64,000 nt of DNA from Microcoleus sp. (GCA_042408215.1 JAYFMW010000005.1:448001-512000); one strand, 5' to 3'; positions 22,025 through 32,619 are shown, counted from the first letter of the stretch. The notes: a model not told the origin generated them from the sequence alone. Made by a program: numbers and translations.

Positions 22025-23830
22025 TTAGTAAGGAGAAAACAAAATCTCTTTGAAAACATTGGGGTTGTATTTAAGTTTAGCTCTCGTTGCTATTCCGGCG
22101 GTGAGAGCTTGGCAATTAAGGACAAGCACTCCTAATTCTACTGGTGTTTGACCAGTACCAAAGACACAAGAAACTAAAACTCTAGGAACTTTAGATTGTT
22201 TAGGTGGAAGCTCAACTTCTTTTACCGACAATCTAACATCTTTCCATTCACCAGGCGATGGGACTGGGTATTGAGGAAGTGGAAGAATTAAATACCATTT
22301 CTCTTTAGCCCCTTTTACTGTAACATCAACGGTTTTGAGACTCCATCCACCTTTCTGTAGTGGGTGTGAAATTATTTCACACTCCAAAACTTGACCATAT
22401 TCGATCGAACTGCTATTAATAGATGTTATCCCCGCATTAATCCAATTTAAACCATTCTTAACCTTCACATTTAGGGTATCTTCTTTCTCTTTGACTCGCT
22501 TCATTCTTGGGTGAGGACGTTCATACATTGTTGTCACCGAACCGTCTTTTCTTAGGTAAACATATTGTCCGGCCTCTAAAAGTCTATCGAGGATTAATTT
22601 TCCTTTAGTATCAAAGATTTTACTGTCTTTGACAACAGCGTAGACAGTACCATCATTATCAAAAAAGTTGGGTGTTCTAAAATTCAAAGCTATCCAGCCA
22701 GCGCCGTTGACAAAGACTTGTTGATTCTTAGAATCGTTATCGGGAATGGATTTATATCTATCCATGAATTTGTAAGTGCCAAGCAGAAAGACAGACGTTT
22801 TTTGAGTAATGGGGAGACGATCTAGAATGCTGGGAGCTTCATCGTGTTGAAAACCATAGATGCTAAAATCGTACCTTTCTCTTAGTAATTGTCCGGCAAT
22901 AATGTCGGGAAAAAGTAGAAAAGGAAAACTTGCTTTACCTAATGCATGGTTGATGACTGGTCTTTCATTATGAGCAACCCACCAATAAGCCGTAGCCCAA
23001 CTAAAAAGTTTTTGACTAGTTTCTACTTCCGAAAGTTGGCTTTTTTTCAGGCGATATTCTAAATCTTTGCGAACTTCTTTCACCTGTTTCATTAACTTTG
23101 AAATCGCACTGCTTTCATTTTTGCTAGAAACTGCGATCGCCTGTCGTAACCTTTGATAGTATCGAAATTGCACAGGAACTTTATCATTATCAGTCGCAAT
23201 TCCATCTAATAATTCTACCAACAAATCTGAATTGATTTTGCCGTGAGCATCCCCGGTGCTGTACTTGTTATCGTAGTCATCATCGGGACGGTTGTTGGTT
23301 AATTTCAAATCTGGAACTACCAAAATCTTGGCATTATCTAGACAAAATAATGCTTTGGATTCACTCAAACTGATTGACCCGTAGTTGATTCGACCCATGT
23401 TAGCTTTCTCTGGGGGAAAGTAGAACTCTCCAACCGTTCCTTTGGTCTTTTCATTCTTTCGAGTACACACAAAATGCCCATGTTTGCGCGCACCGCCCGC
23501 TATGTCAAGAGAAAAGTTTTCATAGTCGTCTAAAAGTTCTGTATCATCTACTCTTGAATCTGTAGGAATTGCACAAATAGAAAACTCTGTATCAGGGTGC
23601 AATTGAGACAACATGATGTTTTTGTAGACAGTTTCATTTAATCTTGCAGTTTTGCTACCATCGGGTTTTGTTTTGTACATCCACTGTTTTTGTTTGCCGT
23701 TCCACACACCAAACTTACTGGTAGATTTAATGCGAATTAGTCGATCGCCATAGATAGCTGAACCTAAAGCAATGAGGTTATAGGTAAAAACAAAACGTTC
23801 GGGAGGAACAGGTTTTTTAGGGTCTGGCAT
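22025..23830 (-). CDS. Cyanobacterial RdRP/YonO-like RNA polymerase homolog, apparently with the central catalytic region deleted
   Basis: N-terminal motifs NYGSISLSE, KILVVPD, TGDAHGKINS, PVQFR and C-terminal SWATAYWWVAH...KASFPFLLFPDII resemble this family; no DxDGD present. Recognised from memory. Confidence 0.6.
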   Translation of the reverse strand: MPDPKKPVPPERFVFTYNLIALGSAIYGDRLIRIKSTSKFGVWNGKQKQWMYKTKPDGSKTARLNETVYKNIMLSQLHPDTEFSICAIPTDSRVDDTELLDDYENFSLDIAGGARKHGHFVCTRKNEKTKGTVGEFYFPPEKANMGRINYGSISLSESKALFCLDNAKILVVPDLKLTNNRPDDDYDNKYSTGDAHGKINSDLLVELLDGIATDNDKVPVQFRYYQRLRQAIAVSSKNESSAISKLMKQVKEVRKDLEYRLKKSQLSEVETSQKLFSWATAYWWVAHNERPVINHALGKASFPFLLFPDIIAGQLLRERYDFSIYGFQHDEAPSILDRLPITQKTSVFLLGTYKFMDRYKSIPDNDSKNQQVFVNGAGWIALNFRTPNFFDNDGTVYAVVKDSKIFDTKGKLILDRLLEAGQYVYLRKDGSVTTMYERPHPRMKRVKEKEDTLNVKVKNGLNWINAGITSINSSSIEYGQVLECEIISHPLQKGGWSLKTVDVTVKGAKEKWYLILPLPQYPVPSPGEWKDVRLSVKEVELPPKQSKVPRVLVSCVFGTGQTPVELGVLVLNCQALTAGIATRAKLKYNPNVFKEILFSPY

Positions 23831-23833
23831 GGT

Positions 23834-25020
23834 TTATTTCTCCTCTGTTTCTTCTTCTTCAAAGTCGTAAAAGAATATATCAAAACTTTCGTATTCAATA
23901 TCCTCGTCCTTTTCTTTCTCCTCTTTCTCGAAAACTTGAGCAAGTTTATTTTTAGACTAGAAAAAGAGATTGCGTCTTGTGTTCCGGGAGAGTCATCACC
24001 GTTGCTAAAAGCGTAAAGTGAATGGCATTCGTAAACAATAACTTTGTTACGTTCCGGTCCAGCGTTGGCGCGTTCGTTGGAAAATTCCACAGTTCGATCG
24101 GGTGGAAAATATTTAGGTTTGAAACCGGGGGCGATCGTCCCATCTTTTAACCGAGTTTTCTTCTGAACCCATCGGGCATTATGAATCAGAGTTTTCAAAC
24201 CTCTAGCTTTGGCGGCTTTTTCGGCAAAAGTATCAGCTCCTGTTGCGCCACCGGAGACGAGGGTGCAAGATGCGGGGAGAGCGTTGACGAATTGTGCGAT
24301 CGCATCTTCAGCCCATCTGTCTTTGAACTCTCGGCTTCCGACAACAGCAACGTAGGTATTTGGGGGAACGGCTGCGCCATACTTAGCAAAGCGTTGAGGG
24401 TCTTTGAACTCTGGAAGGGGATTAGGAAGTCGAACATTGGGCAAACGGTAATAAGCAACGAGCGCTTTACTCCCGGCAGCTTTGATTAATGCTCCAATAT
24501 CTGGGTCAACTTCATCCCATTGAGCGTGCAGATAATGAAACTTTGCGGGGTCAAAAGGTGCATCAGTTTCTACCCAACCTTCGGGAGCTTCGTTAGGAAG
24601 TTTGCCATGAACGATGACATCTTTGTATCTTTCACGATAGAGATAGCGTTGAACTTGTCCATCAAAACCAACTTGGGGGCCGGCGATTTTACCGCCAACA
24701 CCGCGCACATGAATCACGGGATTTTTGGTAGGTACACCGTTAAGTTTTAGATACCATTCCCGGTGTTTGTTATCAATGATACTTTCAATTTCTAATTCAG
24801 ATGTGGGATTTAAACCTTCAATCCAATTGCGTCCGACCATGCCAACATGAAGTCGATCGTCTGAAGTTAGGGGTTCATCGGGAGTTGAGGGCACTTTGTT
24901 CTCCTTAATCATCCATAGAGCAGCGTTTCTTATTATATCGCCATGACAAGCGAGTGGTTTGCAATGACATACCAATTCCAAATCTTTGCCAGAGGCGAGT
25001 AAGGAGGAATTTGTGGCCAA
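23834..25020 (-). pseudogene. DUF4326 C-terminal remnant + SLOG (YspA/DprA-like) domain protein, with a -1 frameshift near 23958
   Basis: LVCHCKPLACHGDII; VAVVGSREF, LVSGGATGADT, AGPERN, SPGT. The alternate frame gives SKNKLAQVF plus an acidic tail ending in TAA at 23834, just before the next ATG. Confidence 0.75.
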
Positions 25021-25217
25021 CGTTTGCTAGTTGTGGGATGAATTTTGGTGTATCCTAGTGAGCCAAACCATCCATATTTTCCACAATTCGTCATTCCGCA
25101 CCCAGAGCGATCGACTCTAGCATTGAATGGCGGAGCTGTTTCGACAATCGATTCTATTTCTTTCAGAACTGCCTCTTTTTGAGGCGCAGCATATCCTCTA
25201 ACTCTTGTAATTGCCAT
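25003..25217 (-). pseudogene. N-terminal fragment of an AlkB-like 2OG-Fe(II) dioxygenase
   Basis: MTNCGKYGW...GY..IHPTTSKRWPQIP matches the AlkB N-terminal signature; the HxD..H..R core is absent. Confidence 0.7.
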
Positions 25218-25226
25218 GAGTTTTTC

Positions 25227-25655
25227 CTAGATTGGTTTCCCTGCTCCCATGTGAATATTGAGCGAGTGCTTGTTCTTAAACTCTTCCAGAAATTTTATAG
25301 CATCTGGGATACTCATAATAACAGGAACATCAGTTGATAAATTATATCCTCCTGCTACTTGGAGCGGCTCTAGCGAAGGGTCTTTTGCTATATCTTCTGG
25401 CTTATTAACTTTAAGTCCCACACCGTAGATTCCCGAATAAGCTACGGTCGCTAAAGCCAATAAATCTTTCTTCATTTTAGCAAATTCGATCGTAGCGTCA
25501 TCAGCATTTTGAATGCTTGCATAAGCAAAGCCCGGATATTTTTCATGTTCAGCCAACAGGTAGAAATGCTCGAACAGAACCTTTTGTTTCTTGTTCATGG
25601 CTAATATAATAATAATCGACACAACTAATATTGGGACAGCCGCCAACAAAAACAT
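25227..25655 (-). CDS. Hypothetical protein with N-terminal hydrophobic segment
   Basis: 142-aa ORF, GGAGG RBS, co-oriented with the island genes. Confidence 0.6.
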   Translation of the reverse strand: MFLLAAVPILVVSIIIILAMNKKQKVLFEHFYLLAEHEKYPGFAYASIQNADDATIEFAKMKKDLLALATVAYSGIYGVGLKVNKPEDIAKDPSLEPLQVAGGYNLSTDVPVIMSIPDAIKFLEEFKNKHSLNIHMGAGKPI

Positions 25656-25678
25656 CCCTCCTGTGGGCTGCTAAACTT

Positions 25679-26413
25679 TTAGCGAACAGCAGGAGCAATT
25701 AGGGTGACGCGGCGGCTGTCTACTAACATTGGCCAAAAACCTCGATCGCTCAGTGTTTTTACCGCAGCAGTAGCAGCGTTTTGATCCGTTGTATAAGCGA
25801 TGAATAAAAACGGACGTTGGCCATAGGAAGCTAAGCCTACTTGCGTGCCTAATACTTGCTTGACTTGGGCTGCTAATTCGGGTTGATTAAAGTAATCTAC
25901 CAACACTGCATAACCAGGGCCGAGGGGTTGGGGATTAAAGGCGAAACTGTCATTTGGAGGAGCGGCGGCTGGTTGAGGATAGGTGGCTGGTTGAGGATCG
26001 TAGACTGGCAAATTTTGGGGTAGGCCGGCCAAGGGCGATCGCACTACGTAAGCCGTCAATCCGACAATATCTTGGATGTATTTAACCCAATCGCTGGCGA
26101 TTTCCGAGTTGCGAAAGCCACCAACTCGCGTTACGGTGTCGTTGATATATCGGCAAACTGTATTGTTAGTATTTCCGGGAAAAGAGCGTTTTGCTCTTTC
26201 TTGCTGTTCCGGGGTTTTCGTGACAATTAACAGTAGATATTCGTCGGACTTTGGCGGTTCGCAGAGCCTTTGAGCATTGACAGAATTCGGTAAAATTGTC
26301 AAGCCCAAAACAGCGATCAAACTAGCAGAAAATAGAGGCTGATAGAGTATATATTTGTACAATATACTCCTCAGTCTTGTTAATTGTTTTGTTGATTTTT
26401 GGGCGAGGTTCAT
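25679..26413 (-). CDS. Conserved cyanobacterial exported hypothetical protein
   Basis: Signal-like segment; LCEPP and YAVLVDYFNQPE motifs; start overlaps the ycf54 stop. Confidence 0.75.
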   Translation of the reverse strand: MNLAQKSTKQLTRLRSILYKYILYQPLFSASLIAVLGLTILPNSVNAQRLCEPPKSDEYLLLIVTKTPEQQERAKRSFPGNTNNTVCRYINDTVTRVGGFRNSEIASDWVKYIQDIVGLTAYVVRSPLAGLPQNLPVYDPQPATYPQPAAAPPNDSFAFNPQPLGPGYAVLVDYFNQPELAAQVKQVLGTQVGLASYGQRPFLFIAYTTDQNAATAAVKTLSDRGFWPMLVDSRRVTLIAPAVR

Positions 26414-26739
26414 GCTATCTGTAGAGATGCGAGGGCATCGGGGATAGTTTCTGAGGGTGCTTGAAATTCACCAGTGAGTACATATTCTAATCGCAGTTTC
26501 AACCAGGTGATGAATTTAGGATCGGTGGAAATAATGGCGGCTGAGGGCTGAGGGCATTTTGCCTTGATCGACGCCATTGTTGGTGCTTCGATGAAGGCTG
26601 GCTGTTTGACTAACCAGAAGTCTATTTGTTTTTCTTGTTCTTTGTAGTTGCGAATTCTTTCTTTCAACACTTCAATATCCAGGGCTTCTTCTTCTAGCAA
26701 AAAGCGTTGGCTGGCCAAAACGTAGTAGTATGTAGACAT
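26410..26739 (-). CDS. ycf54: MgPME cyclase auxiliary protein Ycf54
   Basis: YYYVLASQRFLLEEE, EVLKER, IDFWLVKQPAF, FITWLKLRLEYV. Confidence 0.93.
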   Translation of the reverse strand: MSTYYYVLASQRFLLEEEALDIEVLKERIRNYKEQEKQIDFWLVKQPAFIEAPTMASIKAKCPQPSAAIISTDPKFITWLKLRLEYVLTGEFQAPSETIPDALASLQIA

Positions 26740-27250
26740 TTTTGTTACTGGTTAGGGGTTATTGGTTAGCGGTTAATGTCGCCTCTACTAGCCAGTTTTG
26801 CTGGCGCAGGGGCGGATTTGCGACCGTTGCGGGTTGGCGCGAGCGATCGCACCCACCAACCCGAACTCTGGACTCTTGTGCCATTTACTTTACCTTATTT
26901 GCTGTCATTTTGGGTAGGTGCAGAACTAGACAAAGGATAAATGTTACAAAATTTACTGAGTCTGGTATAATGGCGATTTCAATTGCAGGTCGAATAATTA
27001 CCAGTTACCAAGGTATAGGCGGAGTCAGGAGTCAGGAGTAGGATGCTTAACTATTCAGGGTGGAAGCAATCATTAATACAGCGGTTTCCGCTGTTATGAG
27101 GTACACCAACTTATCGATCAACCCTCGTAGGGACACGGCTCTTGGAGTGTCCCTACCATACTTCATAAGTGTGGAATCTGCTGTATCATGTCCGCCTGGG
27201 CTTCTGCTATAACATAGCGCTGATTGTGTCGGACTCGGTATGACTTGTCT

Positions 27251-27475
27251 ATGCAAAATTCTCCAAATTCGATCGAGATTTCGATTGCTTGGTGTCTGGC
27301 TTGGGGCTCAGGGTGCGAACCTCTGTTTGATTTAAGTGTGTTGCGCCAAATGCGATCGGCTTTAAATTCTGGCGAGGAAGTACCCCAAGATGTGAGAGAA
27401 ATTGTAGATGGAGTCAGGGAACTACAAGAGCTTCCGTTTCCGCATAGGATAGAAGAGCGATCGACTGACTCCTAA
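27251..27475 (+). pseudogene. Probable 5' remnant of a cyanobacterial type III Cas10/Cmr2
   Basis: IAWCLAWG..EP.FDL.VLRQMR.AL..GEEVP..VR.IV matches my recollection of cyanobacterial Cas10 N-termini; truncated after 74 aa. Confidence 0.6.
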
Positions 27476-27750
27476 AGAAACCAAATCATCAAAGAATTTC
27501 AGATCCTATAAACAGAAGCTAATTTTATTATTGAAACAGCTTTCAGTCTCTCTGAATACTGCCGCGAAAACTTGCAAACCGTTATGAACTATACCAGCTT
27601 TTTGCTGTAGTTAATTAGAGCTTTAAACAGTGTGAATCGCAGCTAAATCAATTGGTAGCTGTTGAATTTTTAGATATTATTAGGACTTACGCATTTCAAC
27701 GTAATCCTGTCATTCTGAGAGAAGCGAAGAATCTTCGAGATGCTTCGCTA

Positions 27751-28071
27751 CACAGCGTTTCTGAATTATATGAGGTACAAAAAAATATCCCCCCTAGCCC
27801 CCCTTAATAAGGGGGGAACTGGAAAAGCCCCTCTTATTAAGGGGGGAACCGGAAAAGCCCCTCTTATTAAGGGGGGAACCGGAAAAGCCCCTCTTATTAA
27901 GGGGGGAACCGGAAAAGCCCCTCTTATTAAGGGGGGAACCGGAAAAGCCCCTCTTAATAAGGGGGAACTGGAAAAGCCCCTCTTATTAAGGGGGGAACCG
28001 GAAAAGCCCCTCTTATTAAGGGGGTTGGGGGGATCGAACTATTGTACCTCAGCAGACAGAGAAATGCTATA
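27751..28071. mobile_element. MITE carrying 8 tandem ~30-bp units (AAAGCCCCTCTTATTAAGGGGGGAACCGGA)
   Basis: Inverted ends AGCGTTTCT/AGAAATGCT and TGAGGTACAA/TTGTACCTCA; spacerless tandem array at 27797-28024. Confidence 0.85.
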
Positions 28072-28230
28072 GTATTCATGTTCGGGTAACGGTGTCATAA
28101 TTTCTAAAGTTCCACGATCATAGGCGACTCTAGCAGCACGGGTTTCGCCGAGTTCCAGCAGTAACTTTTCAAATTGTTAACTGATATTATACAAAACAAC
28201 TCGATCGGCGCGAGGCTTAGTTAGTAACAT
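28068..28230 (-). pseudogene. Uma2 (DUF820) endonuclease 5' fragment truncated at the MITE
   Basis: MLLTKPRADRVVLYNIS*QFEKLL.ELGE.RAARVAYDRGTLEIMTPLPEHEYY; internal stop. Confidence 0.8.
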
Positions 28231-28469
28231 AAATTTTGCTCAAAACTGTTTGACAGATAATCCTATTATATCGCGATTCTCAAAAAAAAGAATACCCAGA
28301 TACCCGACTTATTCAAGAATTATGGCATCTCAAGTCCGATCGCATTTTACGTTTAATTAGAGCGGCTTACTTAATTATAAAATATCAAATATAAAATCGA
28401 ATTCCTTGACTTTTATCAATTCGAGGCTAAAATAATCTTAAGTTTAACCATAACATTTTCTCCCTGTTC

Positions 28470-29678
28470 ATGAACATCGCTTATTTAGTTAACCAATATC
28501 CCAAAGTCAGTCACAGCTTCATCCGCAGAGAAGTGCTAGCAGTCGAAACTTGCGGCATGAAAGTCGCACGTTTTTCGATCCGATCTTGCGAGTCAGAACT
28601 CGTTGACAGCACGGACAAACTAGAGCAAGAATTGACGAAAGTAATCTTAGGTATGGGAATACAGGGCTTAGGAGCGGGTTTACTCCGCGTTGCTCTCACC
28701 AAACCAGTTAGATTCCTCGAAGCTTTGCGGTTAACATTTAAAGTAGGCTGGTACTCTGAAAGAGGCATCATACTTCATCTAGCTTATTTAGCAGAAGCTT
28801 GCGTTCTTTTAAATTGGTTTTCAGAACAGGGAATAGCGCACGTTCACGCTCACTTCGGCACAAATTCAACCACAGTAGCGATGCTGTGCCGCGTACTCGG
28901 CGGCCCCACTTATAGCTTCACTGTTCACGGCCCTGAAGAATTTGATAAAGCGACACTTCTTTCCTTAGAAGAAAAAATTAAGCGATCGACCTTTGTAGCA
29001 GCCGTTAGTTCCTTCGGTAAAAGTCAGCTTTTTCGGTGGTGCGATCGCTCTTTTTGGTCAAAAATTCACGTAATTCACTGCGGTGTAGACGCTGCATTTT
29101 TAGTTCATCCCCACGTCCCCATCCCCGCAGCACCCCGCTTAGTTTGCATTGGCAGACTCAGCGAACAAAAAGGTCATTTGTTATTGCTAGAAGCAGCTCA
29201 TTTGCTAGCAGTTGAAGGCTTGGATTTTCAGTTGGTATTTGTCGGAGACGGCCCGCTGCGGGCAGATATTGAAAAGCAGATTGCACAGCTCAACCTGCAA
29301 AAACATATTGAAATTACCGGCTGGGCTAGCAGCGATGAAGTTCGACAACAGCTTTTAGCTTCGCGGGCAATGGTATTGCCAAGTTTTGCTGAAGGTTTGC
29401 CGGTAGTAATTATGGAAGCTCTTGCTCTAAATCGACCCGTAATTAGCACCTATGTTGCTGGTATCCCGGAGTTAGTAGAACCTGGTGTTTGCGGTTGGTT
29501 AGTTCCTCCCGGTTCAGTAGAAACATTAGCGATTGCAATGCGTGCGGCATTGGAAGCACCTTTAGAAAAGCTAGAAGAGATGGGGAAAGCGGGAGCCGAA
29601 AGAGTTGCTCAACAACACAATGTCGCCCTAGAAGCTAAAAAATTAGTCGCGCTGTTTGAGAAAGCTGTTGAGACGTGA
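28470..29678 (+). CDS. Family 4 glycosyltransferase (WcaL-like)
   Basis: YPKVSHSFIRRE, HVHAHFG, GRLSEQKG, PSFAEGLPVVIMEA. Confidence 0.92.
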   Translation: MNIAYLVNQYPKVSHSFIRREVLAVETCGMKVARFSIRSCESELVDSTDKLEQELTKVILGMGIQGLGAGLLRVALTKPVRFLEALRLTFKVGWYSERGIILHLAYLAEACVLLNWFSEQGIAHVHAHFGTNSTTVAMLCRVLGGPTYSFTVHGPEEFDKATLLSLEEKIKRSTFVAAVSSFGKSQLFRWCDRSFWSKIHVIHCGVDAAFLVHPHVPIPAAPRLVCIGRLSEQKGHLLLLEAAHLLAVEGLDFQLVFVGDGPLRADIEKQIAQLNLQKHIEITGWASSDEVRQQLLASRAMVLPSFAEGLPVVIMEALALNRPVISTYVAGIPELVEPGVCGWLVPPGSVETLAIAMRAALEAPLEKLEEMGKAGAERVAQQHNVALEAKKLVALFEKAVET

Positions 29679-29824
29679 GCAAAAAGCAACGGAGGACACG
29701 GCAATGCCGTTTCCCTACCTCAAGCAACGGAGGACACGGCAGTGCCGTTTCCCTACCCCAAAATAATCACGAGTGCTCGCGAGGAGCTCACCATCGCACG
29801 ATTAATTGTAGGGACACTCCAAGA

Positions 29825-30038
29825 GCCCATAGGTGTCAACAATCGCCTAAAACCCATAATAAATGTCGCTTTTAGGCGAAGTCTAGATCCCCCTAAATCC
29901 CCCTTAAGAAGGGGAGTAGGGGTTGACTTTGATCGGAATCTTGTCCCCCCCTTCTTAAGGGGGGTTAGGGGGGATCTGGGACTAATAGTCAAACAGCAGT
30001 CTGTGACTGGGTTAGAAGTTAAGTTGACACCAATGGGC
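29825..30038. mobile_element. MITE with GCCCAT(A/T)GGTGTCAAC inverted ends inside a REP-like palindrome
   Basis: TIRs visible at both ends; a reverse-oriented copy lies at 62364-62610. Confidence 0.8.
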
Positions 30039-30081
30039 AATGCCGTGTCCTGACTGTGGATAATATTAATTCCAATGCTTT

Positions 30082-30990
30082 TTAAGGAATAGCAACCGAT
30101 CGCAATAATCGATCGACAATCGTCTTAGCCCTCCTTCCCCCCGCCGGAATCAAACGGTGAGAAAGTACGTGTGGTGCCAAATATTTCAGATCATCAGGAG
30201 TCGCATAATCCCGGCCATCCATAAACGCCAACGCCTGGGAAGCACGGTACAAAGCCACCGCACCCCGGGGACTCACCCCCAGAGTAATCTCTTCATCCTT
30301 CCTGGTCGATCGCACCAAATCCACAATATACTGTTTCAAAGACGCTTCTACCTTCACAGCCCCGCACAAACGGCGCAACTCCTGCACTTCTTCCAAAGAA
30401 ATACAAGGCTGCAAATCCTCCACCGCAAAACTATCAGAAAGCCGTTCCAACATTTGCAACTCTTCCAACTCCGCAGGATAGCCCAAAGTCAAAGATAAAG
30501 TAAACCGATCCATCTGCGCTTCTGGTAGCGGAAAAGTACCTTGATATTCGATCGGATTTTGAGTAGCAATCACAAAAAAAGGTGCCGGAACATTCCGAGA
30601 CACCCCATCCACAGTCACCTGCTTTTCCTCCATCACCTCCAGCAAAGCTGACTGAGTTCGAGGCGTCGCCCGATTAATTTCATCGGCCAGCAAAACATTA
30701 GCAAAAACTGGCCCTGGCAAAAACTCAAACTTCCCGCTGCTAGGATTCCAAATATTAGTACCGGTGATATCTGTTGGTAACAAATCGGGAGTGCACTGAA
30801 TCCGCTGAAACTTACCATCGATCGATCGCGCCAAAGACTTAGCCAACAGCGTTTTGCCCACACCAGGCACATCCTCTAACAGTGCGTGTCCCCCCGAAAG
30901 CACCGCTACAATCACCAAGCGAATCGCATCCGCTTTACCGACAATAGTCTTGCCTAGATTTTGCTTGAGCCGCTCAATATGTTCTCTCAT
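30082..30990 (-). CDS. MoxR family AAA+ ATPase
   Basis: LEDVPGVGKT, RIQCTPDLLP, LADEINRA, ATQNPIE, LPEAQMDRF. Confidence 0.95.
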   Translation of the reverse strand: MREHIERLKQNLGKTIVGKADAIRLVIVAVLSGGHALLEDVPGVGKTLLAKSLARSIDGKFQRIQCTPDLLPTDITGTNIWNPSSGKFEFLPGPVFANVLLADEINRATPRTQSALLEVMEEKQVTVDGVSRNVPAPFFVIATQNPIEYQGTFPLPEAQMDRFTLSLTLGYPAELEELQMLERLSDSFAVEDLQPCISLEEVQELRRLCGAVKVEASLKQYIVDLVRSTRKDEEITLGVSPRGAVALYRASQALAFMDGRDYATPDDLKYLAPHVLSHRLIPAGGRRAKTIVDRLLRSVAIP

Positions 30991-31207
30991 ATCCCTGATT
31001 GCTAATTGCTAATTGTTCATTAAACAAGGGTGAAACCATGTCCGATCGATTGACCAGAATATACCGGCCAGGGCGGGTTTTTGAGATTGTCAATTATTGG
31101 CGATTATTGTTGGTAAACCCGCCCCTACCCTATGGGGGTAATCGACCGGACATGATATGAAACTATTGCAGGAAATTGTATTTCCATTCTTCCTTCTTCC
31201 TTCTTCC

Positions 31208-31252
31208 TTACATCCGTTACATCCGTTACATCCGTTACATCCGTTACATCCG
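31208..31252. repeat. 9-bp tandem repeat (CATCCGTTA)n
   Basis: About 5 units; a related element lies near 61215. Confidence 0.85.
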
Positions 31253-31282
31253 TGGAGCGAATCCGTTGCCGAACTTCCTTCG

Positions 31283-32497
31283 CTATAACACCCTTCTAGC
31301 AACATCACAGTCTGCCTGAATTTGTGTTTTGAGAGCTTCCAGATCGGCGAACTTTTGTTCGGGTCGTAAAAACTCTACCAAACTCGCACTCAAAGTTTGA
31401 CCATACAAATCCCCAGACCAATCTAACAAATGAATTTCGATAGTGGGTTGCCGACCATCTACCGTCGGGCGACAGCCAACATTCATCACCCCATTTAGAA
31501 TAGATAAATCCGATCCAAAGCCTGAGATTAGAGATTTAGGACTTTCCCACTCATAGGAAGAACTTTGATCTTTGATTTTTCCGGCTTCACTCTTCGATAA
31601 CCTACTCACCAATACTTGCACCGCGTACACGCCAAAACGCGGCAAAAACTTTGGGAGTGGTAACTCGATATTAGCGGTAGGAAATCCGATCGTCCTTCCC
31701 AGTCGCTGTCCTCCAACCACTGTCCCAACTAAACTGTAAGGACGCCCCAGCAACAGATTCGCTCTTTTGAGGTCGCCCGACGCTAGACTTTCGCGGATGA
31801 CAGAACTGCTGATCCGTTCGCCTTCACCGCAGGTGTGGAGCCCTATGAGAGTAACATCAATGCCGTAGCTAGAGGCGATCGACTGCAAATCAAGGGCCGT
31901 TCCAGCCCTTCCCCGTCCAAAACGAAAATCCATCCCCACACTAATTCGACTCGCTTGTAGTTGTCGCACCAAAATTTGCTCGACAAACTCAGAAGCCGTC
32001 AAATCTGCTAGTTCTCGATCGAACGGTAGTAAAACCAATTGCTCAACGCCCATTGCTTCTAGCAATTCTACCTTTTCTGACCCAGGGGTCAGCAATTTTT
32101 TAGGTTGACCCGTAAAGAACTCTTGCGGGTGCGGATCGAAAGTCACCACAGTTCCGTAAAGTCGTTCCACCCCATCTGAATCGTAGCCTGAAAGGCTTTT
32201 TTCCTCAGCCCTTATCCCTGTATAACCATCAAAATTATGATTCAGGAGCGCGATTGCAGGCGGCTCTGCTGGGTGATTATCCCACGCTGCATCCTGTTCG
32301 CGAACCAAATTGTCACCATCACCAACGAGCGATCGCTTCTTTGACCCCGAGGCTGAAATAGCCCCAGAATTGGGCCCAGGCGATCGATTTAAAATTGGCT
32401 GCACGACTTGTCGATGCCCTAGGTGCAAACCATCAAAGTTTCCCAAGGCAACGGCAGTTGGAGTCAGAGCAGCAGTACAAGAAGAAGTTACCCACAC
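31283..32497 (-). CDS. ribF: Bifunctional riboflavin kinase/FAD synthetase
   Basis: GNFDGLHLGH, ISSSVIR, GRTIGFPTAN, NVGCRPTV, LRPEQKF; long low-conservation insertions. Confidence 0.93.
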   Translation of the reverse strand: MWVTSSCTAALTPTAVALGNFDGLHLGHRQVVQPILNRSPGPNSGAISASGSKKRSLVGDGDNLVREQDAAWDNHPAEPPAIALLNHNFDGYTGIRAEEKSLSGYDSDGVERLYGTVVTFDPHPQEFFTGQPKKLLTPGSEKVELLEAMGVEQLVLLPFDRELADLTASEFVEQILVRQLQASRISVGMDFRFGRGRAGTALDLQSIASSYGIDVTLIGLHTCGEGERISSSVIRESLASGDLKRANLLLGRPYSLVGTVVGGQRLGRTIGFPTANIELPLPKFLPRFGVYAVQVLVSRLSKSEAGKIKDQSSSYEWESPKSLISGFGSDLSILNGVMNVGCRPTVDGRQPTIEIHLLDWSGDLYGQTLSASLVEFLRPEQKFADLEALKTQIQADCDVARRVL

Positions 32498-32619
32498 GCT
32501 TTAGATTTTGACACAGGAAAGCCCCCTTGCGATCTTCTGATTTGAGATTTGAGATTTGAGATTCCAACGATCGACCATCTAAAATCTAAAAACTAAAATT
32601 AGATCCTCGCACCTACCCC

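Noticed and set aside
22640..22670. DNDGT as the polymerase catalytic motif
   Set aside because: It lacks the third Asp of DxDGD and lies C-terminal to the expected position.
27797..28024. 30-bp palindromic tandem array as a CRISPR array near the cas10 remnant
   Set aside because: Units are contiguous with no unique spacers and belong to the CCCC-TTAA-GGGG repeat family inside a MITE.
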